A DNA stretch of 64,000 nucleotides from a virus, in IMG/VR virus record IMGVR_UViG_3300050132_000112, positions 9,356 through 73,355 of that record; one strand, written 5' to 3'. The position numbers and the translations under genes were made by a program. Positions 56,831 to 64,000 of the stretch are shown one piece after another. The notes beneath the pieces are model-generated. The model had not been told where the DNA came from. It worked only from the letters and a program-made list of their open reading frames with translations, and searched no databases. Positions within the stretch are counted from its first letter, which is position 1. Each line of letters starts with the position of its first letter.

Positions 56831-57388
56831 CTATTTAGAATCGTAAAGCAATCTGTTAACGAAAGCCTCACATTCTTTTTTATTCTTTAAAATAACAATT
56901 TCAGGTTCTTCGTCATTCAGATGTTTTAAGACACTTTTAAGCATTTTCCACCTAATAGCACCCTGTTGTGTTTGAAAACCCTTAGAATCGGCTATTATGC
57001 CGTGTATTGGCAAAAAGAAATCCACCGTTAATGTCACAGCCCTCACCGCTTCACCACGATACCTAAATTTGTTCTGTAAAATGTATTCTTTCTGAAATTC
57101 AAAATGTATATTGGCATTAGTTAATAAGCCGTGTAGATACGCCTCTAAACGGCTATCAAACTTTATCCCGTCAATCTCGACCTTAACTGCATTTTTAATC
57201 TTACGGTTTTCAGTGGGTTTTTTACACATTGGATGTTGTAATAATGCTTCGTCCCTATTAACGCCCGTAACAGTAATTAACGGCAACTTATCAAGTTTTT
57301 TAGCCACCTGACTTGATGCCTTGTTATCAACCTCAATCAAACCTTTTTTACGGAGATCATCTTGTGACCAATGAGTGTTATTTGCCAT
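56831..57388 (-). CDS. DUF1064-like PD-(D/E)XK nuclease
   Basis: DGIKFDSRLEA...Q..Y.L...VDF...ADSKG. Confidence 0.8.
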   Translation of the reverse strand: MANNTHWSQDDLRKKGLIEVDNKASSQVAKKLDKLPLITVTGVNRDEALLQHPMCKKPTENRKIKNAVKVEIDGIKFDSRLEAYLHGLLTNANIHFEFQKEYILQNKFRYRGEAVRAVTLTVDFFLPIHGIIADSKGFQTQQGAIRWKMLKSVLKHLNDEEPEIVILKNKKECEAFVNRLLYDSK

Positions 57389-57400
57389 GCTTTTTCGTTT

Positions 57401-58469
57401 TCATGCTTCCTTAATTAGTTCATCAATTTTTTGTATGAGCGTTCTTGCACTCTTATTATCATCTGCATAATCAAGTAATTCTTCCCTGCACTCTTTTAGT
57501 AAGGTTAGGTATTGGGAGGCGTATTCTTGCATGGCCTTTTCAATAACCTGTTGGTCTGTGCTTAACTGTATAGCTACAAACAAGGGTATGTCGGCAGATG
57601 GTTCATATATTTCGTTTAATACTGCTTCTTTACTTTTCATATTATGCTTTATTAGATGGGGTTAATCTGGCTAACATATTATTCAAAACTTTTATTGCGA
57701 ACCTATATTTCCCCCTTGTTACGGAGTTTGGTACTTTGCTAAATTCGGTAAGAGTTTTTATTTCTTCTTTTATTATATCGATAGCATTTACGTTGGGTAG
57801 TGAATTTACATCATACCTTATTAAGGGCACATATCATGACACTCATAAATTAATCTTTATTTGTTGTTTCTGTAGGACTTATTTGCAAAACAATCAGTAT
57901 TAACATCAGCCATAATGAAGCATGGTAGATGGCTATGGCAATTATTACCGAAAGTACTACGACGCATGCAAATACGTAATATGCTATAAATATTGAGTTG
58001 TTATTTTTCATCTTTCACAAATATTAATAAGTAACGCCTTGTCATCATCACATAGACTATTCCAATTAATTTTCAATTTTGATTTTAAATTACTTATTCT
58101 GTCTGTTTTTGCCTTTACCAAATCGCTTAGATTGTTGTCTAACAGGTCGTAATTATCATAAAAATAATCAGGCTTTACAGGGTAAAAATGCCAACCTAAT
58201 TTCTCGGAATAAGCCTTAACTATAAAATCTCCAAAAGATGCTAATTGTGTTTCACCATTGCTTTCAGGCGTTTTAAGAAAAATGCCGCCGTCTTTACTTA
58301 CGTAACTTAAATATCTTTCCCATGCTTCCTTTTCTGAATTTGACGGTTTATTATTTAATTCGCCATTTTGCAGAAATTTGGTTACCACTTCAATTGATTG
58401 CCTATTATCCTCTAATAATATTGCTTCAATTGGCTTGTTTGCTTTTTTTATATAATACATTATTTTCAT
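57401..58469 (-). other. Small hypothetical genes (57401-57640, 57642-57830, 58008-58469)
   Basis: Packed ORFs; 58008 has a T.E....A..GDFIVK....FYPVKPD.F phage motif. Confidence 0.6.
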
Positions 58470-58474
58470 CTTCT

Positions 58475-59224
58475 TTATTTTAATGTTGTTGGGGGTGTAG
58501 GAAGTGGTTGCCAGTGTGTTACATTCATAACCTTATCATTAAAGAAATTGTCATTAGCATACCAGCCAATAGCATAACATTCAAAATTATCCGTACACAA
58601 TACGTCAATGCCAATTTCGGGCAAAGCGTCTTCCACACCTATCCACTTCCCCTCACCTGCGTTGTAACCGGCAATCATATTAAAAAATTTAGAAATAGTA
58701 TTAAAATCACCAAATGATAAATGAAGCAAATGTTCACCATATTCCTCGAAGGAAATAATTTTACCTTCCTTGCTAATAATAACATTAAAACTTCCTTCTA
58801 AAGCCAAAATATTATCTTGTTTATCAATTACCTTTTTCATGTAATTCGTTATAGCTTTGGAATCACCCACCGTTCCAGCCTCATCAAACGGGCAACCTAT
58901 TTCAGAGTTTGGCGCAAAGCCGTCTATTGTTTTGGGGATGGTTAATGCATAGGCTTGGCGTGTTTCAAAGCCTGTATGTATAACCTTGCCATCTAACCAT
59001 CTATCAGAGTGCCATTCTTTCGATTGCCAAACCACCTTTCCCATCATTTCACTACCCGGCACTTGTTTATTGCCTATAAGGGGGTAAGATGCGTTGGCTT
59101 TGGTGAAGTCTATCCAGTCTTGGGATATTATTTTCGTACCCCCTAAATAGAAATACTTTTCAAACGGATTTTTCGCCTTTGCAGATACTCCATCTTCACA
59201 TATAATTATTGGTATTAGTTTCAT
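58475..59224 (-). CDS. DUF551-domain protein
   Basis: WIGVEDALPE...VTHWQPLPTPP. Confidence 0.8.
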   Translation of the reverse strand: MKLIPIIICEDGVSAKAKNPFEKYFYLGGTKIISQDWIDFTKANASYPLIGNKQVPGSEMMGKVVWQSKEWHSDRWLDGKVIHTGFETRQAYALTIPKTIDGFAPNSEIGCPFDEAGTVGDSKAITNYMKKVIDKQDNILALEGSFNVIISKEGKIISFEEYGEHLLHLSFGDFNTISKFFNMIAGYNAGEGKWIGVEDALPEIGIDVLCTDNFECYAIGWYANDNFFNDKVMNVTHWQPLPTPPTTLK

Positions 59225-59438
59225 GATGTTTTATTAGTTCTAAGTTTTCAGAATTGTAGTAATTGTTTACGCCATCGGCACTTACCCAAATATTTCGATT
59301 CCCGTTTTCGTAAATACGGTATATTTTACTTGTTTTACCAACTGTTGAGTTTATCTGCAATTGTCGGTATTCGTTATTATCAACTATTGGGGCAGATGAG
59401 ATACGCACCCTATCCCCCACTTTTAATTTCCCTTCCAT
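59196..59438 (-). CDS. Small SH3/KOW-like protein
   Basis: LKVGDRVRI...G..I...LELI. Confidence 0.6.
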   Translation of the reverse strand: MEGKLKVGDRVRISSAPIVDNNEYRQLQINSTVGKTSKIYRIYENGNRNIWVSADGVNNYYNSENLELIKHHETNTNNYM

Positions 59439-59596
59439 AGCTTTATTTAATTACAATACTTTAAACTTATTCCCTATTTTAACCCTTATAGCGGGACACC
59501 GTGAGCATATATCACTATCACCACACTTTATCCAGTTGTGCTTTCTTAGGAAACAGTTAAAGCCTAAATAGTTGAATAGGTTCTTGATGAATGCCA

Positions 59597-60082
59597 TTAC
59601 AGTGTTACTTTATAGCCTTGTGTAGCCTTTTTAACCGCAGGGTTGATAGTTACTATCTCTCCATCGTCTGTTACTATGGTGGTAGGCTTAGTTAGCCCCT
59701 GTAAGAACTTTTTACGGGCATCTAACGCTTTTTTAGCCATTTCAGCCTTTAGGGTAAGTTGAACCACCTCGTCGTCGTTACAGTTTGAGTAATCATACTC
59801 CGTTCCCAATTCTGCAGCCTCAACTTTAGCCTCAAACCTTAGATACGGATTTCCTTTAGTGGCGTATGTTTTGCCATAAGCAAAGTCTTTTACATTATCA
59901 CAAATGCTTTTCGCCAACAATTCAAGTTTCTTCCCCTGTATCAACATGTCCATCGCATCAAGGTTACCCTCGGCTACTTCTGCTACCAAATGCTTGGCTA
60001 AGTCGGTTATATTGTCTTTATTTAGGGTTTGTAGGGATTTAGTTGTTATCTGCAATCCCTGTTCTTTTGTTTCTGTGCTCAT
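59597..60082 (-). CDS. Conserved phage recombination-module protein
   Basis: G..YDYSNC.D, DGEIVTINP motifs. Confidence 0.6.
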   Translation of the reverse strand: MSTETKEQGLQITTKSLQTLNKDNITDLAKHLVAEVAEGNLDAMDMLIQGKKLELLAKSICDNVKDFAYGKTYATKGNPYLRFEAKVEAAELGTEYDYSNCNDDEVVQLTLKAEMAKKALDARKKFLQGLTKPTTIVTDDGEIVTINPAVKKATQGYKVTL

Positions 60083-60092
60083 GGTGGTTTAT

Positions 60093-61454
60093 TTAAAATG
60101 GTAATAAATCGTCTACTTGTGGTTTTGGTACATCCATAGAGGGTGCTTCATATTGCGGTTTAATGCCGCTGCCGATATTCCTACCGAATAATATCTTCTT
60201 AAAGTTACGGTTTCCCATAACAAAACGAATTAGGCGTTTAAAGGCTTTAAAAAAGTTGTGATCTTGTGCGTGGAAGATGCCAATCAATACCGTAGCCTCT
60301 AAATCATCATTTGAAAGGTTTTCCAAAGACGAATTAAATATAACGCTATTGTTATTTACAAACAACTCAAAGTCGCCTGTTTTTGGTACGGCAATGGAGT
60401 ATTTAATACCCGAACCATATTTAACTGCTATGGCTTGAATACGTTGTTGCAATTCGGGGTTAAGCACCTCTTTGTAAGTTATATCACCCTTTTCGGTATA
60501 TCCACCACTACCGCCATAATAACCGCCCGATGATTTTTTAAGGCGTTCTGTCGGTACTCCCGCATCTTTCAATAGCATAAACAGGCTTTCATTTACTATC
60601 AGCGATTTGCCTTTGTTCTCTACCGTTGAACTTGGGTGTAAGAATAGCCATCCCGAAAATATAGACTTTACTGTTTTGGCATCATAGGTTTTATAACTCC
60701 AATCTAATTTAACCTCATACAAATCTGTTTTAGCCTTATCAGCAATAGCCGCCAATAACAGGCTTATTACCTCTTTACAGGACGATAGCAATGCTTCGGC
60801 TATGTCGCCCGATAGATAACCCTGATATTGCCTAAGTTCGTTTAGATTGGCTTGTTTAAGGTCGTATAGGAATAACGATTTATAATAGCCGCTTGACTGA
60901 ATAAGAATACCGTTTTTGTACAGTTTTAAATCTGTTCCTGTATTCCTGTAAATGGCAACCTTTTCATTTTCAAATAATGATTCGCCTTTGAAGAAGTAAT
61001 CATCCCACTTATCAAGCACTTCTTTAATGGCATCTGTTACGCCGATATAGAAAGTTGTTTTACCTGATACTCCTTTAATGATTGCACGTCCGTCAATAAC
61101 CGTTTTACTATCTTCTTCCTCATCCATTGCGTTGCAGTAAATCTCCCTTATCGCTTCCCACGCATTCCATTGATAGCCGTATTGAGTAGTAATATTCATT
61201 GACTTACCGTCACAATAGATTTCCTTAAACTCTTTGCCTGAAATATTCTCATCAGTAACCGAAAACTCAATTTCTTCTTCACCAACAAATAGTTTAAAGT
61301 CTATATCATTACGAAGAAAATAAGCAATGGCATACTTTAAGCCCGTTCCAAATTGGCCTATTTTAGTAGGGTCGTCTGTTTTAGTGCTTGCGCCCATTAA
61401 CATGATGAGGCGAACGTCAAGCATTCCTTGGTTACTAATTTTCAAATATTTCAT
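60093..61454 (-). CDS. GHKL (HATPase) ATPase with rearranged motif order
   Basis: GASTK...IGQFGTGLKYA precedes REIYCNAMDE. Confidence 0.75.
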   Translation of the reverse strand: MKYLKISNQGMLDVRLIMLMGASTKTDDPTKIGQFGTGLKYAIAYFLRNDIDFKLFVGEEEIEFSVTDENISGKEFKEIYCDGKSMNITTQYGYQWNAWEAIREIYCNAMDEEEDSKTVIDGRAIIKGVSGKTTFYIGVTDAIKEVLDKWDDYFFKGESLFENEKVAIYRNTGTDLKLYKNGILIQSSGYYKSLFLYDLKQANLNELRQYQGYLSGDIAEALLSSCKEVISLLLAAIADKAKTDLYEVKLDWSYKTYDAKTVKSIFSGWLFLHPSSTVENKGKSLIVNESLFMLLKDAGVPTERLKKSSGGYYGGSGGYTEKGDITYKEVLNPELQQRIQAIAVKYGSGIKYSIAVPKTGDFELFVNNNSVIFNSSLENLSNDDLEATVLIGIFHAQDHNFFKAFKRLIRFVMGNRNFKKILFGRNIGSGIKPQYEAPSMDVPKPQVDDLLPF

Positions 61455-61458
61455 ATCG

Positions 61459-62142
61459 TTATACTTTAGGTGTTAGTTCAGCCCTACGTTTAGTAACAAG
61501 GCTTTTAAATTCTTCATTGCTTATTAAATGCGCACATGCAGGGTCTTTAACTATTGAGTTTAAAGCGGGGATAGTTTGTGCCATACCTATTGCTTTACGG
61601 TGTGCGTCTGTTACCTCTCCCTCTGGTTGTTTACCGTTCATCATGCTTACCTTTTCGGCGGTTGTGGGTTCGGGAACTATTTTAGGTTGGGTAGGTTCAT
61701 CCGCAGGTTTTCTACCGGGGTTATCTATGTCGTCCTCGTCCGTAGCAATGTGGAAGTACTTTAAAAGGAAATACCGTTCGGCGTATGTGAGGGCAGAACC
61801 AATCCCCTTATCCCAATCATTTTGACCGTTTGCGCCGAATAGATTTTCGTCCTTATCGCCTGTCGCAGCGTCTACCCATGTAAACTTCATCATTACTTTA
61901 GAAAGTATTTCGCTTTTAGGGCGTGGGGTGTTACCACCTACTGTATAATCTTGACGAGTATTTTCAATAGACAATATTTCTTGCTTTAATAGCAATCCTG
62001 CTTCTGTCCATAATGGGCGCAAGTGATCTAAAACCTTATCGCCTGTTGTGTATTTATAGGTCATCGCTTGTTTATCCTTGCCTAACCCCTTTACTTTCTC
62101 TTGAATTGAAAGTAGCTTTTGATATATGTTTAATTTTTCCAT
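61459..62142 (-). CDS. erf: ERF-family single-strand annealing protein
   Basis: IYQKLL.IQ, YKY, DKGIGSALTYAERYFLLKYFHIATDEDD. Confidence 0.85.
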   Translation of the reverse strand: MEKLNIYQKLLSIQEKVKGLGKDKQAMTYKYTTGDKVLDHLRPLWTEAGLLLKQEILSIENTRQDYTVGGNTPRPKSEILSKVMMKFTWVDAATGDKDENLFGANGQNDWDKGIGSALTYAERYFLLKYFHIATDEDDIDNPGRKPADEPTQPKIVPEPTTAEKVSMMNGKQPEGEVTDAHRKAIGMAQTIPALNSIVKDPACAHLISNEEFKSLVTKRRAELTPKV

Positions 62143-62154
62143 GTTTTTATTTAT

Positions 62155-63036
62155 TTAAAAAGGTAATTCTTCTTCTACTGGTGCTGTTTTAGGTTTCTCG
62201 TTAATCTTAATGCCCATTATTTCATCGCAATCTGATTTGTGTTTGCTTTGTTTATTAAGGGCATATTTTAGTTTTGCTTGCATGATAATCTCATAGGCAG
62301 AAACTTTATAGGTAAAGCCGTCGTGCTTAATTAGGTTATACTTTTGGCGTGGGTCAATCCTTAAATCTACACCTACACCATTAAAGTAAAAGCTTTCATC
62401 AAAATCGTTTCCGCTATTCTTACTATCAGACGGTTCTATCTTATCATCCTTGTCACCAACTAAGTAATGATAGAACGGTGAAATCATATCAATATCCGAT
62501 GGACAACCGCCATTTTCTTTAATCCTGTCCAGTTGTATGCCATACAGATATAATGCCGCTGAACCGCCTAAATGTAGAAATGGGTTATGGTATTGTATCT
62601 TACGGATAGTAGCTAAGTTAATGGCACTTTCATACGATAACTTTTCTATTTCGCTTTCGGGTATTTCCCTCAGCACTTTTATTTTAGTGGTAATGGACTT
62701 ATCGCCCTCGTCCGCATGGTTACCTAATATTTGCACTTCACAAAAACGATGACCGTTATCTCTGTGATAATATTTAAAAACGTCATTTAAGTTATTACAA
62801 TAGTGAAACCCATCATTGCTACATGGTTTGGGATTAACCTTTTCGGGCTTCTCATATACTACACCTATTTCGTAGATGTGTTTTTGACTACCGCTATTGC
62901 AGGATAGGTCTTTATTAAACCCTTTGTAGCCCATTTTTAATGGCTTCTGTTCCACTTTTACAGGTTCGGCAATAACTTGCTTAACTGCTTGTGGTTTGTT
63001 TGGATGAATAGCTTTAAATGCGTTATTTCTGTACAT
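62155..63036 (-). CDS. Fusion of GYKGF..C..GFH phage domain with nucleotidyltransferase-like domain
   Basis: GYKGFNKDLSC...YEIG...CSNDGFHYC; then LGGSAALYLYG...SDIDM; likely start MYRNN at 63036. Confidence 0.65.
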   Translation of the reverse strand: MYRNNAFKAIHPNKPQAVKQVIAEPVKVEQKPLKMGYKGFNKDLSCNSGSQKHIYEIGVVYEKPEKVNPKPCSNDGFHYCNNLNDVFKYYHRDNGHRFCEVQILGNHADEGDKSITTKIKVLREIPESEIEKLSYESAINLATIRKIQYHNPFLHLGGSAALYLYGIQLDRIKENGGCPSDIDMISPFYHYLVGDKDDKIEPSDSKNSGNDFDESFYFNGVGVDLRIDPRQKYNLIKHDGFTYKVSAYEIIMQAKLKYALNKQSKHKSDCDEIMGIKINEKPKTAPVEEELPF

Positions 63037-63145
63037 GGTCGTTATTACATTTGCAGTGTGGACAAACAAAACCGTCAACTCTGGCATCAAAAAAAGATGC
63101 GCATTGTTTACAGGTTATCCAAACTTCGTGGTTACTTAATTTCAT
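63023..63145 (-). CDS. 40-aa zinc-ribbon micro-protein (not in ORF track)
   Basis: MKLSNHEVWITCKQCASFFDARVDGFVCPHCKCNNDHVQK. Confidence 0.65.
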   Translation of the reverse strand: MKLSNHEVWITCKQCASFFDARVDGFVCPHCKCNNDHVQK

Positions 63146-63296
63146 CGTTTTTAATTTTTTAATAAATGGGGTTTACGCCTTGCGCTTGTCACCCCATTTT
63201 CCTAAACCTTATCACAGAGAAGCAGAATGCCTCCCCACCGCCAAAGGCTACCCGAAAGTAGCCAATAGACAGATTTAGTATAGAGACGGTCAGAAA

Positions 63297-64000
63297 CTAT
63301 ACGTCAATACCTGTAATTTCTTTGAATACGTCCTTGTTGAAAAATGGAAGTGTAGTAAATACCCTTTTCTTAGCATCGGTTAGGTTATGCCAAAGGTTTG
63401 ACCACGCTTCGTGCATGGAGATTGATTTAAGATAGCCACCTGTTGTTTTATAGGTAGGAAACTTAGTCTTTTCGTCGGCTGTCATTTCACTGTCCCAAAC
63501 CCAAATATTAGGGTTAAGATTGTTCATTATACGACATGCTTCGTGTTGTTCCCAATCTTTTACTAAGATGTCGGTTTGTACGTTGAAAAGTATCAGCTTA
63601 GGATTACGGTCGGTGCAGAATGCACCGCCGTTCCTGTAGCCTGTGTTACTGTCGCCTGTGTTCCTGTCGCCTGTGTTCCAGTTGCCTGTGTTACTGTAGC
63701 CTGTGTTCCTGTAGCCTGTGTTCCTGTCGCCTGTGTTCCTGTCGCCTGTGTTCCTGTAGCCTGTGTTCCAGTCGCCTGTGTTCCTGTCGCCTGTGTTCCT
63801 GTAGCCTGTGTTACTGTCGCCTGTGTTCCTGTCGCCTGTGTTCCAGTTGCCTGTGTTCCTGTCGCCTGTGTTCCTGTAGCCTGTGTTACTGTCGCCTGTG
63901 TTCCTGTCGCCTGTGTTCCAGTCGCCTGTGTTCCTGTCGCCTGTGTTCCTGTAGCCTGTGTTCCAGTCGCCTGTGTTCCAGTTGCCTGTGTTCATGTCGC
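63297..64000 (-). CDS. NTGxx pentapeptide-repeat protein (5' end probably beyond the window)
   Basis: Over 20 NTG(D/N/Y)(W/R/S) repeats; C-terminal GGYLK...EAW...LP.F...F.EITGI domain. Confidence 0.85.
   Translation of the reverse strand, partial: DMNTGNWNTGDWNTGYRNTGDRNTGDWNTGDRNTGDSNTGYRNTGDRNTGNWNTGDRNTGDSNTGYRNTGDRNTGDWNTGYRNTGDRNTGDRNTGYRNTGYSNTGNWNTGDRNTGDSNTGYRNGGAFCTDRNPKLILFNVQTDILVKDWEQHEACRIMNNLNPNIWVWDSEMTADEKTKFPTYKTTGGYLKSISMHEAWSNLWHNLTDAKKRVFTTLPFFNKDVFKEITGIDV
63630..64000 (-). repeat. 15-bp coding tandem repeat
   Basis: GCCTGTGTT(C/A)C(T/A)GT(C/A/T) units on + strand. Confidence 0.9.

Noticed and set aside
63630-64000. CRISPR-like array
   Set aside because: No unique spacers; it is an in-frame coding tandem repeat.

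Overview
The window is ~64 kb of a tailed dsDNA phage genome with a podovirus-type, crAss-like structural module. The host is almost certainly Bacteroidota: TAnnTTTG promoters recur, translation starts are A-rich without SD sequences, DnaB is Bacteroidota-type, and several signal peptides follow the Q-rule. Layout: a non-coding divergence region (~95-1160) with a dif-like XerC/D site; a + strand replication/accessory arm (RepL-like protein, NinB-like protein, initiator with internal iterons, DnaB with a class 3 intein, a solitary TnpB); packaging and structure genes (GroES-like, TerL, portal, scaffold, MCP, ring/tail proteins, ejection proteins, tail fibre); a lysis cassette (holins, CHAP endolysin); and a convergent - strand early arm (ERF, GHKL ATPase, nucleases, pentapeptide-repeat protein). 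No DNA polymerase, virion RNA polymerase, integrase, complete tRNA or CRISPR array was seen. The most notable unexplained signals are: (1) a promoter-driven, ~450-nt pseudoknotted candidate ncRNA ending in a G-tract (56010-56470, - strand); (2) a dnaX-type -1 frameshift signal and two nested +1-frame ORFs inside the 2007-aa ejection gene; (3) a dif site, phased repeats and RepL together, suggesting a plasmid-like or Xer-dependent lifestyle; (4) a tail fibre with a Sec signal peptide; (5) a Cys-loop micropeptide coupled to a 4-TM protein ahead of the lysis genes. All calls come from reading motifs by eye; no database search was run.
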